DNA from: a virus
Taxonomy: Duplodnaviria; Caudoviricetes
Direction: 5' to 3' (one strand)
IMG/VR virus record: IMGVR_UViG_2932454522_000002
Span: 23,927-87,926 of that record
DNA length: 64,000 nt
How positions within the stretch are numbered: position 1 is the stretch's first letter; each line of letters begins with the position of its first letter. Of the stretch, positions 36,873 through 45,972 are shown one piece after another. The position numbers and the translations under genes are program-made. The notes beneath the pieces are model-generated. The model ran no database searches and was not told where the DNA came from. It worked only from the letters and a program-made list of their open reading frames with translations.

Positions 36873-37901
36873 GTGGGGGCGGTCCCGGCATCCGCGCCGG
36901 GCGGGACCGCGCCGCTGCGAATCGTGGTCCGTGCCCATGCCATGCCCCCAGAGCACAACGCGGGGGCGGAGCACATGCTGGTCAGCATGCTGCGTCCGCT
37001 GGTGGAGCGCGGTCACGACGTGTCGGTGTGGCTGTCCCGCTACGGCCGAGCTCACGAGGAGTACGAGTACCGCGGCATCAAGGTGGTTCCGCTGGAGTCG
37101 CGGCTGGACTACACGCTCGCTGTGAAGCGCGCGGACGTCCTGATCGCGCACCTGGAGACGGTCCCCTCGACGGCGTCGATGGCCCGCGGCTGGGGCGGCA
37201 AACTGGTGGTGATCTGCCACAACACGCACCGGCCAACTTTCCGCGACATGGCCGCGGGCGGCACATCGCTGGCCATCTACAACAGCCAGTGGATGCAGGC
37301 GGAGGCGGAACTCTTCTTCGCCGAGTACCCGAAGTCGGTACGGCCGACGTCGAGCCTGATCGTGCGGCCTCCGGTGTTCGCCGACGAGTACGCAACGAAG
37401 CCTGGCAAGGCGATCACGCTCATCAACTGCAATGAGGCCAAGGGCGGCAAGGTCCTCGAAGCCCTCGCCCGCAAGATGCCGGACCAGCAGTTCCTTGCTG
37501 TGGCTGGCGCCTACGGGGAGCAGATCCTGCCGGACCTGCCGAACGTCGAGGTCGTCGAGCACGTCAACGGCGAGGACATGCGCGAACAGGTCTACGCCCG
37601 CACCAAGGTGCTGCTCATGCCCAGCTCATACGAGTCATGGGGGCGTGCCGGCGCCGAGGCGCTCGCGAGCGGCATCCCCGTAGTGGCCCACCCGACGCCC
37701 GGCCTGTGCGAGTCGCTGGGCGAAGCAGGCCTGTTCGTCGACCGGAACGACATCGACGGCCACGAGGCGGTCCTCCGCAAGCTCCTGACCCCGGCCGAGT
37801 ACCGGCTGGCGTCGAAGCGTGCGAAGGCCCGCAGCGCAGAGCTCGACCCGGCGGCCGACCTGGCCGCCTGGTGTAGCGCAATCGAGGGCCTCAAGAGCTA
37901 G
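36873..37901 (+). CDS. GT4-family glycosyltransferase
   Basis: PPEHNAGAE, KGG, LLMPSSYESWGRAGAEALASGIPVV (EX7E motif). Confidence 0.9.
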   Translation: MGAVPASAPGGTAPLRIVVRAHAMPPEHNAGAEHMLVSMLRPLVERGHDVSVWLSRYGRAHEEYEYRGIKVVPLESRLDYTLAVKRADVLIAHLETVPSTASMARGWGGKLVVICHNTHRPTFRDMAAGGTSLAIYNSQWMQAEAELFFAEYPKSVRPTSSLIVRPPVFADEYATKPGKAITLINCNEAKGGKVLEALARKMPDQQFLAVAGAYGEQILPDLPNVEVVEHVNGEDMREQVYARTKVLLMPSSYESWGRAGAEALASGIPVVAHPTPGLCESLGEAGLFVDRNDIDGHEAVLRKLLTPAEYRLASKRAKARSAELDPAADLAAWCSAIEGLKS

Positions 37902-37909
37902 GAGGAGTC

Positions 37910-38326
37910 GTGGCATTCGTTCCTCCTACTGCTGAACAGCTCGGCCTGTATCTGGGACTCGATGAGATCCAGGGCGACCGGGCGGACCTGCTCATCACCA
38001 CGGCGGAGAGTCTCTGCCAGACGGTCGTGAGGCCGTTGCCTGAGGGCGCGGAAGCTGTGGTCCTTTCGGTCGCCGGCAGGGCCTACGTCAATCCTCAGCA
38101 GGTCAGCTACGAGACGATCGGCCCGATGTCGGTTCAGCGCCCCCAGGGTTCTGGCGGCATGTATCTGACGAAGGCCGACAAGTCTGCGCTCAAGTCTCTG
38201 GCGGGCCGCGGTGGAGCGTTCACTGTGGATCCGACGCCAGCGACGGCGGATCCGTCGCCGACGTGGCCGATCTATGAGGTCACCGGTTTCGCGGAGGAGT
38301 ACGAGCCGGGCTGGGAGCCTCTCTGA
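37910..38326 (+). CDS. head-to-tail adaptor
   Basis: VAGRAYVNP..SYETIGP...GGMYLT. Confidence 0.8.
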   Translation: MAFVPPTAEQLGLYLGLDEIQGDRADLLITTAESLCQTVVRPLPEGAEAVVLSVAGRAYVNPQQVSYETIGPMSVQRPQGSGGMYLTKADKSALKSLAGRGGAFTVDPTPATADPSPTWPIYEVTGFAEEYEPGWEPL

Positions 38327-38688
38327 TGCCCGCCCCGTACCCGTTTGGGGAAACCATCGTCCGCATTCGCCGCGGCCCTTCTCCGGGCCGCGATGGGCGC
38401 GGGCAACCGATCCCCGGGCCTCTCGCAGAGACCCCGATCGGCGGTTGTGTGGTGGCTCCGCGAGCGGAGACGCCGCAGGTTGGCGGCGCCGAGCAGCAGG
38501 CCCGGGACACGGTAATCGTCGGGTTCACGGTGTACGCGCCCCCCGGCACGGACATCGTTACGACCGACCAGTTCCGGATCCGTGACCACGTCTATGAGGT
38601 CACGGGTGAGCCCGGCGACTGGGGGCGTTCCCCGTTCACCGGGACCCGTGGCGTCATGCAGTTCGCTGCGGACCGGGTGACGGGCTAG
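38326..38688 (+). CDS. head-to-tail stopper
   Basis: VYAPPGTDI..TDQFRIR..YEVTGEP..W.SPFTG. Confidence 0.8.
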   Translation: MPAPYPFGETIVRIRRGPSPGRDGRGQPIPGPLAETPIGGCVVAPRAETPQVGGAEQQARDTVIVGFTVYAPPGTDIVTTDQFRIRDHVYEVTGEPGDWGRSPFTGTRGVMQFAADRVTG

Positions 38689-39005
38689 CTGCGCGCCTGC
38701 TCGATGGCGGCGATGAGTTTCTCTGCGGCGTCGTTGCTTTTGTGCGGGATTGACAGGCTGTGCGGATCGGCGGCCGGCGGCCGCCCTCCTTGCAGTAGGC
38801 CGCCCTGTTCGCCTGCTGCCAGGGCGCCGGGGATCAGGACTTGCACGTAGCCGTGCATAAGCCTGCTCGCCTTCTTGAGTCGCGTGCCGGTGATGTCGGC
38901 TGCCCGGATGCGTACCGGTGCGGGCTGCGGTCCGACGGGCGTCTTCGCGATGGTGATCCATTCCCCGTCGAAGCTGATCGTGCCCTGTACGCCTTTCACG
39001 TCCAT
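38685..39005 (-). CDS. DUF4429-like protein (antisense moron)
   Basis: MDVKGVQGTISFDGEWITI...KKASRLMHGYVQV...DPHSL; fills the gap between two + strand neck genes. Confidence 0.7.
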   Translation of the reverse strand: MDVKGVQGTISFDGEWITIAKTPVGPQPAPVRIRAADITGTRLKKASRLMHGYVQVLIPGALAAGEQGGLLQGGRPPAADPHSLSIPHKSNDAAEKLIAAIEQARS

Positions 39006-39041
39006 GTCCGCCCCCAGATGCGTGTGTTGATGGAGGTGGCT

Positions 39042-39368
39042 ATGGCAGCACGAGTGAAGCTGAGGCGTAAAGGTGTCGGTGAGATGCTGCGTTCGCCCAT
39101 GATGCAGGCGGAGATGCTGCGGCGGGCCGAGGTCATCAAGGGCGTTGCCGTGGGTCTCTCCCCGGTGTACCGAGGCCCGACCGGCGGCCACTACAAGGCG
39201 TCGTGGAAGACGTCGTCGGCGTCGCGGGGCGGCCGTAACCGAGACCGCGCGACGGCAACCGTGCGCAACAACTCCTACTACGCCCGCTGGGTGGAGTACG
39301 GCACCGAACGCGTCCCAGCGCACCACGTGCTGCTGCGGGCCGCGCAGATCGGCGGGCGGAACCAGTGA
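39042..39368 (+). CDS. HK97 gp10-like neck protein
   Basis: SPV..G.YKASW...YARWVEYGT. Confidence 0.85.
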   Translation: MAARVKLRRKGVGEMLRSPMMQAEMLRRAEVIKGVAVGLSPVYRGPTGGHYKASWKTSSASRGGRNRDRATATVRNNSYYARWVEYGTERVPAHHVLLRAAQIGGRNQ

Positions 39369-39757
39369 CCGCTCTCGTCGACATCGAGGCGGCCCTGATC
39401 GGCGCCGCGACACCGCGCTTCCCCGAGGCCGTCGTCCGCGACGAGCTCGACAACAAGCTGCTGGAAGAACTGCCCACAATCCAGGTCCAGCAGATCCCTG
39501 GCGGCGGCGACGACGGCCTGCGCCTGTCCCGAGCCCTCGTCGACGTCGACACCTATGCCGCCAGCCGGGCTGACGCCTTCGTCCTGGCCAACCGGGTGCA
39601 CGCCTGGCTGACCGGCGAACTCCGCGGCTCCACAACGACGGCGGCCGTGTTCGGGCGGGTCAGCGCGATGACGCTGCCCGCCGCCCGCGACTACGAGAAC
39701 ACCGCTCTGCGCCGCGTTGGCGCCACCTACGAAATCTTCCTCCACCCGGTCTCCTGA
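39365..39757 (+). CDS. tail terminator
   Basis: Synteny; VDVDTYA..RADA..LA. Confidence 0.75.
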   Translation: MTALVDIEAALIGAATPRFPEAVVRDELDNKLLEELPTIQVQQIPGGGDDGLRLSRALVDVDTYAASRADAFVLANRVHAWLTGELRGSTTTAAVFGRVSAMTLPAARDYENTALRRVGATYEIFLHPVS

Positions 39758-39825
39758 CCGGTCTGGGCCCGCGCCGGACCCTCCACCCGCCCGAGCGCGG
39801 GCCTTTCCATGTCTGGAGAATCTCC

Positions 39826-40413
39826 ATGGTTCAGATCACCCGCGCTGCGGACCTCGCTGTCGTCGGCGCCAACGGCGGAGGCTGGACGGCACCTGTCGGA
39901 ACGCCCGCCCTCGACTCGCCGCTTTCACAGCCGACGGCCCCGTGGGAGCCGCTCGGCGCAATCTCGGACGACGGACTGACCTACGGATTCGACGAGGACT
40001 CGCAGGAGTTCACGCCGTGGGGACTCACCTCCCCGTTCCGCACCCAGATCACCAAGTCGGTCCGCACCTTCGGCCTGACCGTGTGGGAGACCTCGCGGGT
40101 CGCCGTGCAGTCGCTGCAGTACCGGCTGACGGCCGGCGACCTGGAGCCGGACGGCGAGGGCCTCACCAAGTATGCCGAGACCGCGTCGCCGGTCCCAGAC
40201 CGCCGCGCGTTCTGGTTCCTCGTCATCGACGGATCCAGCTACAAGGGCTTCTACGTCCCCCAGGGCGAGATCAACGACCGCTCCGACGTCACGTTCAAGC
40301 AGGACGAGATGAGCGCCTACGAGTGGACGATCACGACCTACCCCGACGAGGCGGGCAACACGGTCTACCACGTCGACAAGATCCCTGCGACGCCCGCCTA
40401 CTCGGGCTCCTGA
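39826..40413 (+). CDS. major tail tube protein
   Basis: APVGTP...LGAISDDGL...YEWTITTYPD. Confidence 0.9.
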   Translation: MVQITRAADLAVVGANGGGWTAPVGTPALDSPLSQPTAPWEPLGAISDDGLTYGFDEDSQEFTPWGLTSPFRTQITKSVRTFGLTVWETSRVAVQSLQYRLTAGDLEPDGEGLTKYAETASPVPDRRAFWFLVIDGSSYKGFYVPQGEINDRSDVTFKQDEMSAYEWTITTYPDEAGNTVYHVDKIPATPAYSGS

Positions 40414-40499
40414 GCTGGTGGGCGGGCCGACACGTTGGCGCGGGCCCGGCCCGCTCACCTTTCCCTTGTCCCGCGCCCTAGATCGAAAGGCCCTGCGCC

Positions 40500-40859
40500 A
40501 TGCCCACGACCAAGCCACAGCTCGATGCCGCACGCGCCCAGGAGCAGGAGGTGGACGCCGAACTCGACGGCGGATACGTGACTGTTCCGCTCGCAGGGTT
40601 CGACGGCGTCACGAAGGACGTCCGCGCCCTCCCCGCGAACCGGTGGCGTGCCTCCGCGCTCCGTGCCCTGCGCCAGGGCGACATCGACGGCTTCATGGAG
40701 AAGATCCTTCACGAGGACGACTTCGACATCTACGAAGACCTCGACCCGGACCAGGACGCCATCGGCCACTTCGCCGAGGCCGCCGCCCGTGCTGTGGGCG
40801 ATGACCTGGGAAAGTCCAGTGGGCGTTCCAGGTCTGGGAGCAGTACGCGGAGGAGCTAG
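40500..40859 (+). CDS. tail assembly chaperone (G)
   Basis: Between tail tube and tape measure; ends in LGK slippery motif. Confidence 0.8.
   Translation: MPTTKPQLDAARAQEQEVDAELDGGYVTVPLAGFDGVTKDVRALPANRWRASALRALRQGDIDGFMEKILHEDDFDIYEDLDPDQDAIGHFAEAAARAVGDDLGKSSGRSRSGSSTRRS
40808..40814 (+). other. -1 programmed frameshift site GGGAAAG
   Basis: Lambda G/GT-type heptamer; the -1 frame stays open to 41260. Confidence 0.8.
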
Positions 40860-41260
40860 AGGACGACCTCCTGCCCCGCGTCGACATCCTCGACCTGCAC
40901 CGCGGCCGCCTGACGTGGCGGCGGCTTCGCGTCCTGATCGAGGGGCTGCCGCCGGAGTCCCGCACGATGACCGCGATGCGGAACGCGCTCAGCGATGAGG
41001 AGTACGCGGAGCAGGCGGAGAAGGGTGAGCCCGAGAAGGGCCGCTGGTCGCAGACCGAGCAGCTCTTGGCGGGCATCCACGACCGGCTTGCCTCTCTGCA
41101 GCACGTCACGATCTGCGCGAACACGGACAGCAAGTCGAAGCGCCCGAAGGCTCCGGAGCCGATGCGCCGCCCTGGTATCCGCGCTGTGAAGCCGAAGCAG
41201 AAGATCACCCCGCAGCAGGCCGAGTTCCTCGCGTCGATGCTCAACGGAGGCGCCCAGTAG
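40812..41260 (+). CDS. tail assembly chaperone frameshift extension (GT)
   Basis: -1 frame reads KVQWAFQVWEQYAEELEDDL...LTWRRLRVLIEGLPPES...PEPMRRPG. Confidence 0.75.
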
Positions 41261-41281
41261 CGCACAGGGAGGAGGCTCCCT

Positions 41282-44200
41282 GTGCCTGCCATCTCGGTCG
41301 GGTCCGTCGAGGTTGATGTCATCCCCAACGCTCAGGGGATTCTGGGACGCCTGCAGTCGGCTCTGGTTCCTCCGGCGACGCAGGTCGGCGACGAGATGGG
41401 CCGGATCATCGGCCAGCGTCTCGCCGCGCACATCGCTCCGGCGGTGCGGGACGGCATCAACGACGGCGCGAAGGCCGCGAAGCCGGCTGCGACTCGGCAG
41501 GGTGCGGACACGGGCGGCGCGTTCGCCCGGTCGCTGCGAGCGAAGCTGCAGGAAGCCTTCCGCAGCATGCCGAAGCTCAACGTCGGCCTGAGCGACACGG
41601 GCGTGGATGCGGAGCTGGCTCGTCTGCGGGCCCGCATGGAGCAGTTGGCCGACAAGACCATCGGTATCGACATCTCCGCGGAGCAGGCGCGTGCGCAGGC
41701 CGCGGACATTGAGGAGCGGCTGCGTCGCCTCGGCGCCGCCCACCCGAACGTGGCGGTACGCGCGGACGTCGCCAGCGCCATCGCCCAGCTGCGGGCGGTT
41801 CAGGCGCAGGTCGACGAGCTGACACACAACAACGCGACGGTTCGCGTCGAGACGGACGGCAAGCTCGGGACCCGCCTCCGCGCGGCGGTCCAAGCCGCCC
41901 AGGCGTCGCTGCCGAACATCAACATCGGCGCGAACACGACTCCCGCTCAGACGGAGATTGCTCAGCTGCGTGGGCGACTCACTGCGCTGACCGACCAGAG
42001 GATCGGTATCGACATCTCCGCGGGCGCGGCGATGTCCGAGATCTCAAAGATCCAGGCTCGCCTGGTCGAGCTGTCGACGAAGGACGCCGACGTGGCGGTT
42101 CGCGTCGATGCGGGCGCGGCCTCGGCGCAACTTGCAGCATTCGTCGCGCAGGTCAGGGCTCTGGACGGCAAGACCGCCAAGGTCGACGTGGACACGACGT
42201 CTGCCGTGTCCGGCATGCAGATGCTGACCACGGCGGCGATCGCGTTCGGCCCGGCGATCATTCCGGCGCTGCCGATCGTGGCCGCCGGCCTGGGTGCGAT
42301 CGCGGCGGCGGGTGTCGCGGCAGGCGTTGGCATCGGCGGCATCGCCGCGGTGGCGGTGCCCGCGTTCAAGGACATCGGCGGGGCGCTGCAGGCGCAGAAG
42401 GCCGCTCAGGACGCCGCAACGTCGGCGACGGCCGCCGGCGGTGCAGCGAACAGCCAGGGCGCATCGAAGGCCCTGCAGATGGCTGGTGCTCAGCAGTCGC
42501 TGGCGACGGCGCAGCGGAATGCGGCCCGGCAGATCGCGGACGCCCAGCGTGGCGTCGGTGACGCGGTACGGCAGGCGGCTCAGGCGAACTCTCAGGCCGC
42601 GGCGCAGGTGAAGCAGGCCCGCACGGCTCTCGCGGACGCCTACTCGCAGGCTGCAGAGCGGATGGCTCAGGCGAACGATCAGGTGGACCAGGCCGAACGC
42701 GACCTGACGATGTCGCAGAAGTCGGCTAAGCAGGCCCAGTTGGATCTGACGGCCGCGCGCGCCGAGGCGTCGCGGCAGCTGCAGGACATGAACAACCAGT
42801 TGACTGACGCCCAGTTGTCGCAGCGCGACGCCGAGATCGCTTTGAAGGAAGCGGCGATCCAGCGCGACAAGGTGCTCAATAGCTCGGCGTCTGACCTGGA
42901 CAAGCAGAAGGCCCAGCTTCAGTACGACCAGGCGGTGCAGCGGCTCAAAGAGCAGCGCGTCGAGACGAAGCGCCTCCAGTCCGACACGGCGAAGGCGAAC
43001 AAGGCTGGCGTCGAAGGAAGCGCGACGGTCAAGAGCGCGCAGGAGCAGCTCGCCGCGGCGCAACAGGACGTCGTCGACAAGACGAGCGCGCTGAAGAAGG
43101 CCCAGGACAACGTCACGAAAACCCAGGTGGCGAACACGCGGGCGATCGCCGACGCGCAGACCAAGCTATCCGAGGCCCAGAAGAACGTTGCGGAGACGCA
43201 GCGTCAGGGCGCCGAGAACATTGCTCGGGCGCAGGAGCGTGTGGTGCAGGCGCAGCAGTCGGGTGCGGACTCGATCGCGTCGGCTCAGCGGCAGATTGCC
43301 TCCGCGTCGCAGTCTGCGGCGGGGGGCGTCAATCAGGCTGCCTTGGCGCAGGCGAAGTACCAGCAGGCGTTGGCGAAGATGACGCCGGCGGCGAGGGCGA
43401 CGTTCAACGCGTTCGTGTCTCTGCGGTCGGCGTTCACGGCGTGGTCGCGGTCGTTGCAGCCGCAGGTCATGCCCATCTTCACGCGTGCCCTGGATGGCAT
43501 CAGGAGAGCTCTGCCCGCACTCACCCCGTTCGTGAAGGAAGCGGCGGCTGCGATCACGAACCTTCAGGACCGGTTCTCGCGGGGCGTGAAGAGCCCTTGG
43601 TTCCAGACGCTGAAGAAGGATCTGCAGGGCAGCGTCCGACCCGCAATCATCGGCCTGGGTGTCGCGTTCGGGAATGTCTTCAAGGGCATGGGTGGCATCA
43701 TCGACGCCTTCCTGCCGCACATGGACGGCATCTCGTCGTCGCTGCAGGGCATCACTGCCCGGTTCGCGAACTGGGGGACCAGTCTCAAGGGGTCGCCAGA
43801 GTTCGAGAGTTTCCTGTCGTTCGCCGCGGACAAGGCTCCGCTGCTCGGGTCGGCACTCGGCAACATTGCTGGCGCCTTCCTGAAGATCAGTCAGGCGCTT
43901 GCGCCGGTCTCGGGCCCGATCCTGTGGTTCATCGGCCAACTGGCTGAGGGCATCGGGATCGTTGCCGAGCATGCGCCGTGGCTCGTATGGGCCATCTGGG
44001 GCGTCATCGCTGTGATGCGCATCTGGACGATCGTGCAGTGGGCGCTGAACGCGGCCATGACCGCCAACCCGCTTGTGCTCCTGGGGATTGCGATCGCCGC
44101 CTTGATCGCGATCGCTGTGTGGGCGTTCAACAAGTTCCCCTGGTTCCACGACCTGGTCATCAGCGCCTGGAATGGCATCAAGACGGCCTCCATGTGGCTG

Positions 44201-45961
44201 TGGAACAACGTCCTGAAGCCGTTCTTCGACTGGATGGGCGTGATCTTCAAGTGGCTGTGGACGTACATCATCAAGCCGTACATCGGCTTCCTGATCGCCT
44301 ATTGGAAGAAGGTCGCCGACGTCGCGATGTGGCTGTGGCACAACGTGTTGCAGCCGGTCTTCAAGGGCATCGGCGACGTCATCGTGTGGTGGTGGAAGAA
44401 CGTCGTCCAGCGCTACTTCGGCATGGTGAAGTCCGCCCTGCGGACGCTGGGTGACGTCTTCTCCTGGCTGTACGACAAAGTCATCAAGCCGGTGTGGAAG
44501 GCGATCAGGGGCGCCATCTCGTGGGCTTGGGACAACGTCATCAAGCCCGTGTTCAACTCGCTGAAGACGGCGGTCCGCAAGGTCGCTGACTCCTTTGAGT
44601 CCGCCCGCAAGATGATCAAAACGGCGTGGGACAAGCTGTCCGACATCGCCAAAAAGCCCGTCCGCTTCATCATCAACACCATCTACAACCGCGGCATCGT
44701 CCCCGTCTGGAACAAAGTCGCGACTGCCTTCGGCGCCGATCCGCTGAAGAAGATGGACATCAGCGGCTGGGCGACGGGTGGCGTTCTGCCTGGCTACACG
44801 CCCGGCCGGGACGTCCACAAGTTCTACTCGCCGTCGGGCATGGGCTTGGAGCTCAGCGGCGGCGAGGCCATCATGCGACCCGAGTTCACCCGGGCCGTTG
44901 GCTCCGGCTTCGTCGACACGATGAACGCCGCAGCCAGGTCCCGCGGCTCCGAGGGCGTGAAGGCTGCCCTGGCGCCGATGCTCGGCGGTAGTGCCCCGAT
45001 GTCGACGGACACGTCCCTGAAGTACGCGAAGGGCGGCATCCTGCCGACCTCCAAGTTCGCGGGTGGCGGCATCTTCGGCTGGATCGGCAAGGCCGCCAAC
45101 AAGGTCGCCGGTGCAGGCAGTGCCGTATGGAACAAGGTCAAGGACGTCGCGGGCTGGTTGAAGGACGGCCTGGAGGCGTCCGCGCGAGCGGGCGTGAAGC
45201 ACGTCGTCGACCCGCTCCTTGCGAAGTTCCCAGGGGCATCCGGCGAGTTCGGCAAGATGATCCGCAAGATCCCGAACCACATCATCGACACCCTCTTCGG
45301 CTACGCGAAAAGCGCAGACAAGAAGGGCGGTGGCGGCGGTGTAGGCGGGCCCCGCATCCAGACCGCACTCAAGTGGGCCAAGTCGCAGTCCGGCAAGCCG
45401 TACCAGTGGGCGGGCAACGGCAATCCGTCGTGGGACTGTTCCGGCTTCATGTCGGCGATCGAGTCCGTCATCCGAGGCCAGAAGCCGCACAGGCGCTGGG
45501 CGACGATGGCGTTCGCGGGTAAGAAGGCGCCTCCTGGCTGGGTCTATCACGGCAACAGCCCGTTCAAGATCGGCATTACGAATGCCGGTGTCGGCCACAC
45601 TGCGGGCACGCTCGGCAAGACGAACGTCGAGTCGTCCGGCGGCCTTGGCGTCCACTACGGCAAGACGGCTCGCGGCTACAAGGATCACCTGTTCAACAGC
45701 TGGTACGGCTTCATGCCCGGCAAGTTTGACCAGGGCGGCATGCTCCGGCCGGGCTTCAACCTGGCCTACAACGGCACCGGCAAGCCCGAACCGGTTCTGA
45801 CCGGGCGGCAGTTCAACGATGTCGTCCGCGGCCGTAGTGGCGGTGACCTGTCCGGCATGCAGGTCTCCGTGTACGTCGGCAACCAAGAGATCACCGACAT
45901 CGCGCGGGCTGAAGTCCACAACGCGCAGGGCGAGCTGATCAGCGTGCTCCGCGCCAGCTGA
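41282..45961 (+). CDS. tape measure protein with C-terminal NlpC/P60-like domain
   Basis: 1559 aa, coiled coil plus Trp-periodic repeats; GKPYQWAG...WDCSG...GHTAG. Confidence 0.95.
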   Translation: MPAISVGSVEVDVIPNAQGILGRLQSALVPPATQVGDEMGRIIGQRLAAHIAPAVRDGINDGAKAAKPAATRQGADTGGAFARSLRAKLQEAFRSMPKLNVGLSDTGVDAELARLRARMEQLADKTIGIDISAEQARAQAADIEERLRRLGAAHPNVAVRADVASAIAQLRAVQAQVDELTHNNATVRVETDGKLGTRLRAAVQAAQASLPNINIGANTTPAQTEIAQLRGRLTALTDQRIGIDISAGAAMSEISKIQARLVELSTKDADVAVRVDAGAASAQLAAFVAQVRALDGKTAKVDVDTTSAVSGMQMLTTAAIAFGPAIIPALPIVAAGLGAIAAAGVAAGVGIGGIAAVAVPAFKDIGGALQAQKAAQDAATSATAAGGAANSQGASKALQMAGAQQSLATAQRNAARQIADAQRGVGDAVRQAAQANSQAAAQVKQARTALADAYSQAAERMAQANDQVDQAERDLTMSQKSAKQAQLDLTAARAEASRQLQDMNNQLTDAQLSQRDAEIALKEAAIQRDKVLNSSASDLDKQKAQLQYDQAVQRLKEQRVETKRLQSDTAKANKAGVEGSATVKSAQEQLAAAQQDVVDKTSALKKAQDNVTKTQVANTRAIADAQTKLSEAQKNVAETQRQGAENIARAQERVVQAQQSGADSIASAQRQIASASQSAAGGVNQAALAQAKYQQALAKMTPAARATFNAFVSLRSAFTAWSRSLQPQVMPIFTRALDGIRRALPALTPFVKEAAAAITNLQDRFSRGVKSPWFQTLKKDLQGSVRPAIIGLGVAFGNVFKGMGGIIDAFLPHMDGISSSLQGITARFANWGTSLKGSPEFESFLSFAADKAPLLGSALGNIAGAFLKISQALAPVSGPILWFIGQLAEGIGIVAEHAPWLVWAIWGVIAVMRIWTIVQWALNAAMTANPLVLLGIAIAALIAIAVWAFNKFPWFHDLVISAWNGIKTASMWLWNNVLKPFFDWMGVIFKWLWTYIIKPYIGFLIAYWKKVADVAMWLWHNVLQPVFKGIGDVIVWWWKNVVQRYFGMVKSALRTLGDVFSWLYDKVIKPVWKAIRGAISWAWDNVIKPVFNSLKTAVRKVADSFESARKMIKTAWDKLSDIAKKPVRFIINTIYNRGIVPVWNKVATAFGADPLKKMDISGWATGGVLPGYTPGRDVHKFYSPSGMGLELSGGEAIMRPEFTRAVGSGFVDTMNAAARSRGSEGVKAALAPMLGGSAPMSTDTSLKYAKGGILPTSKFAGGGIFGWIGKAANKVAGAGSAVWNKVKDVAGWLKDGLEASARAGVKHVVDPLLAKFPGASGEFGKMIRKIPNHIIDTLFGYAKSADKKGGGGGVGGPRIQTALKWAKSQSGKPYQWAGNGNPSWDCSGFMSAIESVIRGQKPHRRWATMAFAGKKAPPGWVYHGNSPFKIGITNAGVGHTAGTLGKTNVESSGGLGVHYGKTARGYKDHLFNSWYGFMPGKFDQGGMLRPGFNLAYNGTGKPEPVLTGRQFNDVVRGRSGGDLSGMQVSVYVGNQEITDIARAEVHNAQGELISVLRAS

Positions 45962-45972
45962 GAGGAGGCTCC

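Noticed and set aside
43166-45919. 917-aa minus-strand ORF, and similar long ORFs at 9404-11212, 11164-13056 and 47218-49215
   Set aside because: Antisense shadows of clear + strand genes, expected in high-GC DNA
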